DNA of 64,000 bases, from contig OZ024744.1 in NCBI GenBank assembly GCA_964016885.1, forward strand, positions 82,088,001 through 82,152,000. The letters run 5' to 3'. Position 1 is the stretch's first letter. Every line of letters begins with the position of its first letter. This stretch comes from Eledone cirrhosa (taxonomy: Eukaryota). Positions 50,515-63,944 of this stretch are shown here, piece after piece. Below the pieces are notes generated by a model. It worked only from the letters and a program-made list of their open reading frames with translations, was not told the origin of the DNA and searched no databases. The position numbers were made by a program, and so were the translations under genes.

Positions 50515-50800
50515 TATATCGTTTCTGAATTTGTTTAGCAAGATTCTTTATCTGAAACCGTGTGTTGAAACCGATATTTTTATACTTTGGGAGGGTCATG
50601 TTGCCAATAAGAAACACACGTACCAGTTGCTTTCACTTCAATTTATTATAAATTTCCGGTAGGTTGGTTCCACAACCGGATGGTTGTTCATATAGTGTCA
50701 AAGTTCTTTCATCACACATTCTGTGACCTCATCAGTGACTGGGGATTCTTTTCTTTGTTTTGGGCCTCTCCTATGTTCTGTCCTACGCTCTCTTGTTTAA
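50515..50800 (-). mobile_element. Solo PLE pseudo-LTR-like element with HHR
   Basis: Terminus matches 3513-3612; HHR at 50696-50740. Confidence 0.75.
50696..50740 (-). ncRNA. Type I hammerhead ribozyme
   Basis: Minus strand: gtca CTGATGA g gtcaca gaatg tgtgat GAAA gaac TT tgac. Confidence 0.82.
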
Positions 50801-50812
50801 ATATATATATAT

Positions 50813-51419
50813 AAAAGAAAATTTCGCTTTACATGGCTGAATACAATAAATATAATCTGAGTTTTTCGAATATTAATAATAACATTCGATTCGTTTGCAA
50901 TTTTGCAAACAAGCCTCAATTTATAGCCATTTCAATAGAATGAACCCTTCATTCTTGCTCTTGTGTTGGCATGTGAACAGAAGTGCAGACACTAATGTTT
51001 CTGGGCATTACTCTTCATCAGTACAGCTCACTGTTCACCTGCCAAACTGTCAGAGCTAGTGAAAATATGCTATTTTCAAAAATACACAGTGACTGATCGG
51101 CCTGATTTGCATATTAGCAGACTGGTTGATCAGTCAGATCTGCATATTAGCAGATCCACTGATCAACCAGATTTGCATATCAGCAGACTTGTCAATCAGT
51201 TTCCTGTATACGAGCGATAAATGGCCGGCTTTGCCAAATTCAAATAAAAAAGAAAATTTCGCTCTACCTGGCTGAATACAATAAATGTAATCTGAGTTTT
51301 TCGAATACTAATAATAACATTCGATTCGTTTGCAATTTTGCAAACAAGCCTCAATTTTATAGCCATGTCAGGAGAATGAACACTTCATTCTTGCTCTTAT
51401 GTTGGCATGCGAACAGAAT
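50813..51419 (-). mobile_element. Non-coding HHR element, about 1.4 tandem copies of a ~435-bp unit
   Basis: 50813-50981 is repeated at 51248-51419. HHR at 50984-51025(-): tgta CTGATGA agagtaatgccca GAAA cattagtg TC tgca. Confidence 0.75.
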
Positions 51420-51755
51420 ATATATTGTTATACTTGGGGAGGGTCATATTGTTGTAATAATATTGCCAGAAATAATAACAGAACACACTCACTGTTTGGT
51501 TGGTTTTCGCTTCTGTATATTTTATATCTCCACAGTTAATTCGTTTGGTCCTCAAAGTTTATCATTGACTGACCAACGGTCAAAAATAAAGATATAATAT
51601 AGATATAAACATATATATATAGTCTAACAAAGTTCTTTCGTTGCACATCTGCAACATCATCAGTGGTACTATTATGTTCCTCCTGATGTATTGTATGTCT
51701 ACGCCATTTTTATTTTATCTGTTTATTTATTTATTTTTGTCTTCTTCTTTGCGCA
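51420..51755 (-). mobile_element. Solo 3' end (pseudo-LTR) of the 36398-37872 PLE family, with HHR at 51620-51671
   Basis: Near-identical to 36400-36740. Confidence 0.85.
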
Positions 51756-51925
51756 TGCACGGACACACTGGAAGAGGAAGACCGAGGTTAACATATGTTG
51801 ATGCCCTAAGGACAGACACTGGTCTCTTGGAGACGCAGGATATAGCAGCGATAATGAGGGACAGAGATCGCTGGAGAGAACTCGTCCATGGATCTCGTGA
51901 ATTTTACCCGCCCTAAATAGATAAA
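51755..51925 (+). mobile_element. RTE-clade LINE 3' terminus
   Basis: HGHTGRGRPRLTYVDALRTDTGL..MRDRDRWRELV..stop, followed by a short (TAAA/TAGA) tail. Confidence 0.8.
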
Positions 51926-52288
51926 TATATATATTAATTCGAGTATGTGTTGTTTAATCACCGGCACTTCAGTATGCAGGATAGAGCACTCGACGAAGTG
52001 GGTCTCTTTACTCCGGAGTAAACATGAAGTCAACAGGTTAAAATTAACTTCGTTTATTCATAGTCGGTGTTACGTATATTCGGGAGTAGCCGTTATACAA
52101 CACACACACATATCCCCCCACACACACCCCACAGACACGAAAACACACGCATATATATATACTAGACATATATCCAAAATGGCTAAATGAATACGCATGT
52201 GTATTCCCTCCCTTTTTTCTCATTTTATACCCACTCCTTCCCTTTCTCTTTCTTTATCTTTCTTTTGTATCTTCTATTTCTAGCTCTA

Positions 52289-52324
52289 TCTTCTGATGAA
52301 GGACTAGTGTCCGAAACGTTAGGA
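52289..52324 (+). ncRNA. Minimal type I hammerhead ribozyme, intact
   Basis: tctt CTGATGA a ggac tagt gtcc GAAA cg TT agga; palindromic AACGTT stem III. Confidence 0.85.
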
Positions 52325-52409
52325 ATCTTTTCTGCTATTTCAAACGTTAAAATAATATATTTTTTAATATAATGAGCCATTTGCTTTGTTATTTCTGATT
52401 ACTGTTAAG

Positions 52410-52445
<36 letters not shown>

Positions 52446-52480
52446 TTATATTATTTATTTATGCTCGTACATGGACAAAG

Positions 52481-52564
52481 GCGCTACCTAAGGTTTCAAG
52501 TAAAATATTGACTTTATCTCCATATTTTAAGAGAGATCAAAATTGTGACCTAATCTTCAGGCAT
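52481..52564 (-). ncRNA. Hammerhead-like motif with long stem-II insert
   Basis: Minus strand: atgc CTGAAGA (~55 nt) GAAA cct t agg TA gcgc; stem II closure is weak. Confidence 0.45.
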
Positions 52565-52853
52565 ATATAATAAAGAAAACTATTAAATTTCGCTTATATT
52601 TACTTACGTTTTTATTGTGTTTCGACTTATTACGAAATTATGGACCCGACTCCAGTATCGACAAAGATACTCAGATTTTAATGATTAGGTCCGATTAATT
52701 GTAGCAGATTAATTTAGCATGCGCCTCCAATCTTTAGCCTTTGTAGAAAAGAAGTATATATGTTTCTGGGATCTTGTTTACCATTCAGACAACTATATTC
52801 ACACACACAGACACACAGACACAGACACACACACACACATATATATATATATA

Positions 52854-52951
<98 letters not shown>

Positions 52952-53996
52952 AAAAAGAATTAGTATATCTACCAACATATGTATACAGATGCATACCTAA
53001 TATTATGCATACCTATAATTATCTCCAAATTATTTGTTGAGCAAAACTTGCCGAAATTACTACTATGGTTCATGGTAGTGGCTAGGCCCTTGTCTTAATA
53101 GCACCCCACTCCTCACTGATTAACCTCAGTGTCACGTGATTGATTCTTTTGAATTTGCCACTGACCAACTAGGCAGTGAATTTTTTCAATGTCTTGGAAT
53201 TTAGTCCCCGCTCGCTTTTTTCCATCCACTGAATTATTTTTATATAAGTTCCCAGTGTCCTCGCATTGCCTGGAAGCTTAGCTGAGAATAGACTCCCTGA
53301 TTACGTAAGATTTCTCTGTGGGTACGCTCCGTAACCATATTTATTCCCTTACAGAAACTAATTAGTTGGAGTGAAATTTTAGTAAGTCGATTTTCATAAT
53401 TTTCTTATTTACGTCTTTCATATATATATATATAGTTAACTTTTGGTTTAATAAATTATATATCAATAATCTTTGTCAGTAAAAAAGCTCGATAAACTTC
53501 TATTCAGAGCATCTATAATATTGGGTCGTCAAGTATGAAATTCGTAGAAATTTGTTTTTTTTTATACAAATTTCTACAAATTTCCTACTTGACGACCCAA
53601 TATATGCAAGGATATATCAATTGAGAAACAAACTAGCATGTTGTACACACACACGCATATATATATTTACAGAGAAAGAGCAAATGATATGTAGATTTAA
53701 ATACTAATTTAAAACCATATTCTTAGGTGTTAGAATATTGGTGTTCTTACATAAAGATTATGCTGTACTTATATGGCTGTACTTACAAAGACACATCTGC
53801 TTCTAAGTATTAGAGAAGATAAAATGTTCACCTTCGATTAGTATTGATCACCAATTATCGATTTTGATAAACACCATTAAAACCGCGATTCTCTTCGTCA
53901 GTATGTTTAGGCCTTTACTAAAATAATTCTGTCACGTAGTATTAAAATACTAGTCATCCACACTTGCAAGACAATTACTCATGGTATAATGATAAT

Positions 53997-54262
53997 CATT
54001 GTTTCTACTTTCTGGCACAAAGCCAGCAATTACTCCAGTACATTACTGGTACTTTATTTTATCGACCTCGTAAACAATGAAAGGCAAAGTTAACCTCGGC
54101 GGGATTTGAACTCAGACCATAAAAGGACGTAACTCTTTGGCACAAGGCCAGCAATTATCCCAGTACATTACTGGTGCTTTATTTCATCGACCCTGTAGGG
54201 ATGAAAGGCAAAGTTAACCTCGTTGGAATTTGAACTGAGACCGTAACGGGCAGTAACTCTAT
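53997..54262 (-). mobile_element. Two tandem 5'-truncated SINE copies
   Basis: Reverse complement of the SINE consensus, twice. Confidence 0.85.
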
Positions 54263-54410
54263 TACATGGTGTTATGCTAATATTTTACAGAAAGGTATAT
54301 TGATATATATCGTTAAGGAAAATATTATATATATATATCCCCAGTCTCCCCAAGCGTAAAGCTAATAACACTTTGTAGCATCGACTCCTGTGTTTGTTTG
54401 TTTGTCATTG

Positions 54411-54474
<64 letters not shown>

Positions 54475-54480
<6 letters not shown>

Positions 54481-55320
54481 GGAAAAAATGAAACGAAAAA
54501 TCATTTCCCAATCTTAGTACGACTGTTACTAAAATATAAGTATGTACACGTACATACATATATGTATACAGACGTACAGTAGTATGTATATATATATATA
54601 CATACATGCACACATATATATATGTACGTATGGATTCACCGAACATTTATTATAATGCTGGGTGTGTTTGTAAACAAACATCCCGTATTAAGCCGTAGTG
54701 TCCAGCAACCATCGTTGCTCGTTTGTTCAACACTGACAAAGGAACGCTGTACTAGTTTCAAGCTTATTAGCTATCGTCAGCAACATATACCTTCCTGCCA
54801 GATTGTTGAACGTATGTACTTACCTTATGCATATTAACAGCTGAGAAGCCCAATTTGCATATCGAGTGGGTTAATCGGCCGGGTGCACCGAAAACGATAA
54901 ACGGAAAAAATGAAACGAAATTTCATTTCCCACTCTTAGTACGGCTGTTACTTAAATATAAGTATGTACACGTACATACTACATATATGTATACAGACGT
55001 ACAGTAGTATGTATATATATATACACACATGCACACATATATATATGTACGTATGGATTCACCGAACATTTATTATAATGATGATAGCTAATAGGCTTGA
55101 AACTAGTACAGCGTTCCTTTGTCAGTGTTGAACAAACGAGCAACGATGGTTGCTAGACACTACGGCTTAATACGGGATGTTTGTTTACAAACACACGGAG
55201 CATTATAATAAATGTTTGGTGAATCCATACGTACATATATATATGTGTGCATGTATGTATATATATATATACTACTGTACGCCTGTATACATATATGTAT
55301 GTACGTGTACATACTTATAT
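54475..55320. mobile_element. Family Z HHR element: partial tandem plus inverted copy
   Basis: 54475-54657 is repeated at 54897-55080; 54540-54775 is inverted at 55083-55317. HHR at 54746-54784(-): gttg CTGACGA tagctaataagctt GAAA ctag TA cagc. Confidence 0.82.
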
Positions 55321-55339
55321 ATATATATATATATATATA

Positions 55340-55715
55340 TAGGGAGTGTAACTTGGAGTTACTGCAGGCTCACCGGGGAGAGCACTCGATGTTTAGGTTC
55401 ACTTCTGTGTTGAGGTGTAGAGCTATACAGAGTGTAATATATTGAAAGGATAACAAGGGCGATTGGTTACTCCTTCATTACATTTATTGGTAGGTGACAC
55501 GCGTTTCGCCACTGATCAGCTCAAGGTTCGATCTATATCGGACCCTTTAAAATGGTAGTAGAAATTTTCTACTAGCATTTTAAAGGGTCCGTCGAGCTGC
55601 AGATTATAGAGTCGGGTAAGATCGATACAGATCGAACCTTGAGCTGATCAGTGGCGTAACGGGCGTCACCTACCAATAAATGTAATGAAGGAGTAACCAA
55701 TCGTCCTTGTTATCT
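55340..55715. mobile_element. Foldback element with nested palindrome
   Basis: 55448-55533 is inverted at 55629-55714; inner hairpin 55540-55590. Only the 3' half of an HHR (GAAA cgcgtg TC) is retained on the minus strand. Confidence 0.65.
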
Positions 55716-55727
55716 TTTCTCTCCCCC

Positions 55728-55875
<148 letters not shown>

Positions 55876-56149
55876 ATAGATATGTGTGTGTGTGTGTGTG
55901 TTAGTGTATGAATGTCTGTATGTGTTGTATATCGAATAATATATGAGAATGTACGTAAAAAATTTGATTTGAAAGCCTTTCACTATGAATTTTTATGGTT
56001 GTGACCAGCGTCATACATCCTCATCTCAGCAAAAGCAAGGGGAAGCAATCGAAAATGCGTTGTTTCTCGCTCTTTGGTGGTATCAAGTCTATATATCACT
56101 CTGCTTCTGCTGAGATTAAAATAAGTTCGAATCCTAGAGATTTTTCGCG

Positions 56150-56337
56150 TTGTCGATCATTTCCCTATAGAAATATTATTTTAGATAAAATATATTTTTT
56201 TAATCCAAATGAAAATAAGAATTACATGTTGACACTCCGGTGTCTAATACCTTGTAGAATTTGATTTGATTTGGTCCAGCTGTTTGAGAATGGATAGGAA
56301 CAGAGAGACAGACAGACAAAGAATTTTATGTATATAG

Positions 56338-56338
<1 letters not shown>
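56150..56338 (-). mobile_element. Non-autonomous Helitron-like 5' end
   Basis: Minus strand begins TCTATATACATAAAA..tgtctgtctgtc, like 29174. The 3' end was not identified. Confidence 0.5.
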
Positions 56339-56391
<53 letters not shown>

Positions 56392-57268
56392 TTGTGTGTG
56401 TGTGTGTCTATATATATCCATATACACGCGAACACATATTGTTAGACCAGACACACACACATATATATCATATACTGAAAACAGGCCACACCGTCAGCCC
56501 ACCTACACAGTGTAACAAAAAAAAAAAAAGACCATTGCTCACCTGACATCGTAAGTTAGAGTTTGTTGTCACAGAAAGCTCTAACTGATGTTATTCTTGC
56601 CATTTATATACACAGTCACTCGTAAATGTTGAGTTACTTGCCTCTACAATAAACGAAAAACTGTATTAAAATACTGTCATAAGAACATTGAAGAGATGAA
56701 TACACGTCGACTAAAAAGACAAAGGGAGATAAACAACAATTGCCGTACTCTTATGAAGTCCATATTACCATCCTCCATAGTCGTCAACATTACATGATAC
56801 ATGAATGGTTGAGTTGTTAGAAAGTTCACTTCTTTATCACAAGGTTCTGGGTTCGACCCAAAAGCGTTTTTACCACGGTCGACACAAGCCCTGTGAGTGA
56901 ATTTAATAGAACGGAAAACTGTGTGAAGCTTGTAATTCAAAGGTTTACATTGATTCTACCTCAATATTATTACGTTAAATGCAAACGTGTTGTTGGAATA
57001 CTCAACCACTCACGCGTTAATTTACAAATCGAACGTTAAGTTGATAGAATGACTAAATGTTCATCATCGCAACCGACAGAGAAGATATCGCAATATACTC
57101 ATACTTACTACCAAGACTGGATCTAATATAATATCCACTGCATATAAGATTGAGGAGATGGTGTTCTGTTAGGTGAGGGTGAGGATGTAAAATAAATATA
57201 TGAAAAAAAATCCCCCCCCCCCAAAAAAAAACAAACAAAACAAAACATCTGTGGATCACACCTACTGC

Positions 57269-57701
57269 CAGACCTGCCAACCTCTAAAAGTCCAAACGGG
57301 GAGTACCATGAAAGAAGGGCCCCAAAACGGAGAGTAATGAGGCAAAATGGGGAGATTTTACATAGTGAAAGCTATACCCATTTTCACAATAGAAGCATCT
57401 CTCACCCACCCCGAAGTAGGTGGGAGATCTCAACGGACGGGAAGAGTTGACAAATCTTGTGTGTGTGTGTGTGTGTGTAAGTATATATTATGTATGTGTG
57501 TGTGTGTGTGTGTTGTGTGTGCAGACCTGCCAACCTCTAAAAACCCAAACGGGGAGTACCATGAAAGAAAGTGCCCCCAAAACGTAGAGAAATGAGGTAA
57601 AATGGGGAGATTTTACATAGTGAAAGCTATGAAGACATCTCTCACTCACCCTGAAGTGGATGGGAGATCTCCATGTCGGACTAGGAGAGTTGAGAGGTCT
57701 G
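57269..57701. mobile_element. Two adjacent copies of a ~180-190-bp MITE (57269-57459, 57522-57701)
   Basis: Both start CAGACCTGCCAACCTCT and end with an imperfect complement (..gagagttgagaggtctg); internal ggggag/gggaga repeats. Confidence 0.7.
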
Positions 57702-57829
57702 TAGGGTTGCGGTTGATTATCTATCTGCTCACCATAGACTTAGTTCAATTAGGTTCGATCTGGAAATTCTATTTCCACCCCACCTAGAAAATAATACAAA
57801 CATTATCAACCACTAGAAACAGAAGGAAC

Positions 57830-58538
57830 AGAACCACAAGCACTAACACAACCGTCACCACCACCACCATCACCACCACCACCACCACCACCACCACTAC
57901 CACTACCACCACCACCATCACCCTCGACACCACCACCACCACCACCACCACCACCACCACCAACATCACCGCCACCAGCAAGGCTAATATTAAAACCATC
58001 CACACACTAACACCACGCCCTCCCCCCTCCCTATTCCTTACCCCACCCACCCCCACCCCACCCACACCCCCACACACTCTACCACTACAATTTTCTTCAC
58101 TTCTAGATGTTAATAACACTAACACTCGCAGCAACATCAACAACATCAGCTGTAGCATCAGCTGTAGCATCAGCATCATCAACATCAGCAGGCAGCAACA
58201 CCAGCAGCAACAGTAGCAGCAGCAGTAGCAACGCTGTGAGTAACAAACACATTTCGTTTTTCTTTTACCCCCCCCCCCCCCCCCCCCCCCTCCCCCCTTT
58301 ACCTAACACAAACGCCAGAAAAACTGACAGACAAAAACCAAAACCAGCCAGTTCCCTGTAACACCTATCATTCGTTCAACACTAACTTTAGAGACGACAG
58401 CGCACACCGCCATTACCGTACCACGCCAAACACCCATACTACCTCTCATCCATACAGCACCACCACCACTTCCACCAACAGCAGCAGCAGCAGCAGCAGC
58501 AGCAGTAACAGCACCACCACCACCACCACCAACCATCG

Positions 58539-58594
<56 letters not shown>

Positions 58595-58684
58595 GCTGCT
58601 GCTACTACTACTACTACTACTACATCTACTACTACTACTGCTGCTACTACTACTACTACCACCACCACCACAATTACTACTAGA

Positions 58685-58740
<56 letters not shown>

Positions 58741-58771
58741 CACCACCACCACCACAACTGCTACTACCACC

Positions 58772-58813
<42 letters not shown>

Positions 58814-58823
58814 GCTGCTGCTG

Positions 58824-58883
<60 letters not shown>

Positions 58884-58888
58884 GTACC

Positions 58889-58920
<32 letters not shown>

Positions 58921-59215
58921 AAACACCACCACCACCACCACCACCACCACCACCACCACCACCACCACCACCATCACCACCATCACCACCATCATCATCA
59001 TCATCATCAACATCGTTAAATGCATAGACACATTGCATAAACAATTCTAGATATACATATAGACGTGATACCTATGCCTGGAACGCCTCTGATCATAGTT
59101 CTGCTCAATCAGGGATTAAATACAACAACAACAGCAACCACCACCCCCACCACCACCACCACAACAACAACAACAACAACAACAACTATAACAACTATAA
59201 CAATAACAACAACGC
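57830..59215. repeat. Compound (CAC)n/(CAG)n/(TAC)n/(CAA)n microsatellite field
   Basis: Direct reading. Confidence 0.92.
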
Positions 59216-59269
59216 CTCTTGTGTTATTTTTAGTAACGGTTAATAATGTAAGTTACAAGATTCGCATTT

Positions 59270-60203
59270 TGGAAGAGGGGGAGTAATTTAACTCTAGTAC
59301 TTGACTGCTAGTTTATTTATCGACCTCGGAAGTATAACAAAGCAAAGCTGACCTCAGTGGGATTTGAACTTAGACTGTATAATGCCATGAGTAACTACTG
59401 CAAAGTATTTTGTGCGAAGTTGTAACGATACTGCGAATTCGCCACCCTACCCTGACATATTTTTAATAATGGTTTCTAATATAGGTACAAGTTCAGCAAT
59501 GTAAGAAGGAAAGCATAGTCGATGGTGGATTGGCTTTACCGGTAAAGGGCCGGCTGCCATGAGCTTTACTGTGTGAGTTCAAATCCCGCCGAGGTAAACT
59601 TTGCCTTTCATCCTTACGGGGTCGATAAAATAAAGTACCAGTAATGCACTGGGATAATTGCTGGCCTTGTGCCAAAAGAAGAAACAATTATATTAACCCC
59701 AGCATTCGACTGGAACTCTACTTTTTACACATTCCCGAAAGTTGATCTCCGTGGGATTTGAACTCAGAACGAAAAGAACAAGAACAAATGCCGTATAATA
59801 TTTTATTTGAAGCTTTAACAATTCTGCCAATCCACCGTCAGAATAAAACCACAGATTTGGGGTAATGAAAGAACAATTGATTATATCAATTCAAGTACTT
59901 GATTGAACTTTATTTTATTGACTCCTCGGCAGGATAAAACTTCCAATTACGAAGGGATGTAACTAAATATCGCAAGGCACTTTATCTGGCTCGCTAATAT
60001 TTCTGCTACACTAATAATTGTTTCTACTTTAGGCACAAGGCCAGCAATTATCCAGTGCATTACTGGTACTTTATTTTATCGACCCCGTAAGGATGAAAGG
60101 CAAAGTCAACCTCGGCAGGATTTGAACTCAGATCGTAAAGGGACGTAACTATGCTGGAAAGCATGGCGTCCGACCCTCTACTGATACTGCCAATCCATCG
60201 CCC
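59270..60203. mobile_element. SINE cluster (young copies 59520-59692 + and 60013-60203 -; older decayed copies between)
   Basis: Matches to the SINE consensus on both strands. Confidence 0.82.
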
Positions 60204-60329
60204 CCTGCTACACTAATAATGTTTTCATTTACTTCTGACTGAAATATTTCTAGCTTTGTATCCTTGGAGTAATGTATAGCCTAGATAATTAGACGTCAGC
60301 ACCCTTGTCTTCGAAGAAACTCATATGCC

Positions 60330-60572
60330 AGTCACCACGATGCTGAGAGCTTTGCAGCCTCCGTCCGGGACGTGCGGTCCATCCTCCTGCAGGTACAGGT
60401 GACCCCAAAGAGGATGTCCTCATTCTCAGGTCACCGATCCACCCGCCGGCCATCCGCTCCACTATCAGGTCCAGGCTTCAACAACTCAAGACCCTCACGA
60501 GCCAATTGGGCATGACTGACGCTCATCCAGCCCTCTTCCTGTTGAGGAACTGTATCGCCATGCCTAAAATAA
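60330..60572 (+). mobile_element. CRE-like non-LTR retrotransposon RT-downstream fragment
   Basis: GC-rich island translating ILRSPIHP..LQQLKTLTSQLGMTDAHPALFLLRNCIAMPK, resembling the L..LDAH.AL.LLRNC...PKL motif of CRE-clade elements. Confidence 0.55.
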
Positions 60573-61152
60573 AGACAACTCTACATGAATGGAGTCAGCC
60601 TATGAGTACGTAAATTCCTGCTGATCTGATATTTATATACCTATATAAATTTATCTATATTTATATACCTATCTGATATTTATATACCTATATAAATTTA
60701 TCTACAGCGAAACGTTAACAGCAATTGGTAATATACAGTAATACACTGTGTGGGTTTTACTATTTTGGGCAATATTAGGACATGACACTCCCCAAATATA
60801 AAAAAAAATAATTTGTACTTGTTCCTTCTGCGTTCAAAGCGTACAGATACCGATTTTGCTATTCATCCTTCTATGGTCGAAAAAAATAAATCATCAGCCA
60901 AGTGCTGGGTTTATATAATCGGCATATCATCTTCAAATCCATATTATGTGATTATTGCATTACATAAATCTGTATTCTGAGTTAAAATTCTGTCGAGGTC
61001 GAAACGTGTTGACGTTTATTTCAATATGTGGTGTAAACAAAATGTGCGTCTTCAAGACAATATTATAAATAGCTGTTTGCAATATTTATACTCGTTTCAA
61101 AATGATTGCCTCAGAAATATCAGGAAGATGTTTTCTACACACTTGTGGTAAC

Positions 61153-61317
61153 AATAATTGTTTCTACCTTTGGCACCAGGCCAGCAATTATCCCAGTGCA
61201 TTACTGGTACTTTATTTTATCGACCCCGTAAGGATGAAAGGCAAAGTTAACCTCGGCGGGATTTGAACTCAGATCATAAAGGCGCCCGACCCTCTACCGA
61301 TACTGCCAATCCACCGT
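61153..61317 (-). mobile_element. SINE copy with internal deletion
   Basis: Reverse complement of the consensus, lacking the gacgtaact..aagcat segment. Confidence 0.85.
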
Positions 61318-61859
61318 GAACCAAACCTCTCCCATAATTTTTTTCAAACGAAAGAACAATGTAAAACGACACAGAGACATTCCACCAGTCGCTTAGACGA
61401 GTGATAAATATATATTCGCCCCGACATATATAGGTAAGTGTACAACACGAATAAAAATAAATAATATTCTACCAGAATCGATTATTTGGATTATTTGTGT
61501 AGTCCTGGGAGGAGGAAGATTCGTTACTGGGGGGAAAGAAGCACGACCACGAATAAACGTTGTAAATGGGGTTAGAGATCTTGATCCAGGTGAAAACTGA
61601 ATACCTGGACAGGATTTCATAACTAATAGACCTCCGAACAGTACCGAACTGAATGTGATGGTGGGATGCAGAAACTCAAACCACATGTAGACTATACAAC
61701 ATGCAGAACTTTAAAATCCAGATTTCGCGAAGATGAAGGTAATTTCAGTTTACGTTCCAAAAAATTGATCTCTTCTTAACTGGACTCAATGGATTCCATA
61801 CTGTAAAAATATAGGAAATTACAGATTGTGGCGTTTATCATTATTTCAATCAACATTAA

Positions 61860-63352
61860 TAATAATTGTTTCCACTTTTGGAACGACGCCAGCAATTTGA
61901 ACTGAAGGGGAAAGTTGATGAAAGCGACCCCAGTGTGTTAATTGTACTTCAGTTTATCGACTCCGTAAGAATGAAAAGTAAAACTTACCTCAGCGGGATT
62001 TGAACAGAGAAAATAAAGGGCCATAACTCTATACCACGATGCATGCTGTCCGGCACTCAAATCTATCTTTTGATTGGCAATATCAGTAGAGCGTTGGACA
62101 CCACGCTTTTCGGCATTCAAATCTGAATTAAAATCCCGCCGAGATTATCTTTGCCTTTCTTCTTAACGGGGTCGATAAAATAAAACCCCAGTAACGTACT
62201 GGGGTCGATTTAATCGACTTTCTCCCCCCTCCAAATTGCTGGCCTTGTACCTAAAGTAGATATCATTATTATTATTATTATTATTATTATTGTGGATTGG
62301 CAGTATCGGTAGAGGGTCGGATTCCATACTTTGCAGCATGGAGTTACGCCCTTTATGGTCTGAGTTCAAATCCCGCCGAGGTTAACTTTGCCTTTTATCC
62401 TTACGGGGTCGATAAAATAAAGTACCAGTAATACACTGGGATAATTGCTGGCCTTGTGCCAACAGTAGAAACAATTATTATTATTGGATTGGCAGTATCG
62501 GTAAAGGGTCGGACGCCATGCTTTGCAGCACAGTTACGTCTCTTTACGAACTGAGTTCAAATCTCGCCGAGGTTAACTTTGCCTTTCATCCTTACGGGGT
62601 CGATAAAATAAAGTACCAGTAATGTACTGGATAATTGCTGGCCTTGTGCCAAAAGTAGAAACAATTATTATTATTATTATTTTTGATGAGGGTAGTGGAT
62701 TGGCAGTATCGGTAGGGCGTCGGACAACATGCTTCGCAGCATAGAGTTACGTCCCTTTATGTTCTAAGTTCAAATCCCGCCAAGGTTAACTTAATAAAAT
62801 AAAGTAAAATAATTGTTTCTACTTTTGGCACAAGGCCAGTAATTACCCAGTGCATTACTGGTACTTTATTTTATCGACCCCGTAAGGATGAAAGGCAAAG
62901 TCAACCTCGGCGGGATTTGAACTCAGATCGTAAAGGGACGTAACTATGCTGGAAAGCATGGCGTCCGACCCTCTACTGATGCTGCCAATCCACCACCCTT
63001 TAAAATAAAGTAAAATAATGCGCTGAAGTCAATTTAATTGACTTCTCCCCCCTCCCTTCAAATTGCTGTCCTTGTGCTTCGATAAAATAAAGTACCAGTA
63101 ATGCACTGGATAATTGCTGGCCTTGTGCCTACAGTAGAAACAATTATTAATATTGATTGTAATAATTGTTTCTACTTTTGGCACAAGGCCAGCAATTACG
63201 CAGTGTATTACTGGTACTTTATTTTATCGACCCCGTAAGGATGAAAGGCAAAGTTAACCTCGGCGGGATTTGAACTCAGATCATAAAGGGACGTAACTCT
63301 ATGCTTCAAAGCATGGTGTCCGACTCTCTACCGATACTGCCAATCCACCGCG
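61860..63352. mobile_element. Dense array of about 8 SINE copies in both orientations
   Basis: Copies at ~61862-62050(-), 62070-62270(+), 62292-62480(+), 62484-62680(+), 62690-62795(+), 62810-63000(-), 63020-63150(+) and 63162-63352(-). Confidence 0.9.
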
Positions 63353-63877
63353 TAATAATGATGATGGTGATGATCCTCATTTATCCACCAAAACAACAAC
63401 GATATACAGACATATATCTATACAGCATCTCGAAGCAAGAGTCAAGCTCTTCAGTTATGCTGCAAATCTCTGTTTCAGTATCTCTATTTCAATTTATTTT
63501 GCTGCTAATGCACGCAGGAAATGCATAAACATCACAACCTGTAATTTCCTATAGTTTTAAAGTATGAAAGCCATCCAGTCCAGTTAAGAAGAAATCAATA
63601 TTTCAACATTCTCTATTGTATAAAACGAAGTGTTACTATAACCACTACTGCTGCTAGTGCTGCCACTGCTGATATAAATTGGTGTTGTTGATTATGATGA
63701 ACGTTGCTTATGTTGCCGCTGTTTGTATTGTTATGGAAGTAGTATGCTGCTGATGGCTTTGCTGCTGCAGATTTTCTTCGTTTTGTTGTCATTATGGCCA
63801 TCGCATCTGTTGCTGCTGTTTGAAGCAGTAGTTTCTCATAACACTGCCACTGTTTGTTGCTGCGGAGATAGTAATAT

Positions 63878-63944
<67 letters not shown>

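Noticed and set aside
53785-53907. Possible long-stem-II hammerhead on the minus strand
   Set aside because: GAAG instead of GAAA and weak stems; too degenerate to call.
61393-61802. Host exon on the minus strand after a tttttacag acceptor-like site
   Set aside because: The flank is repeated elsewhere in the window (63533), stops occur near the start, and no recognisable protein is encoded.
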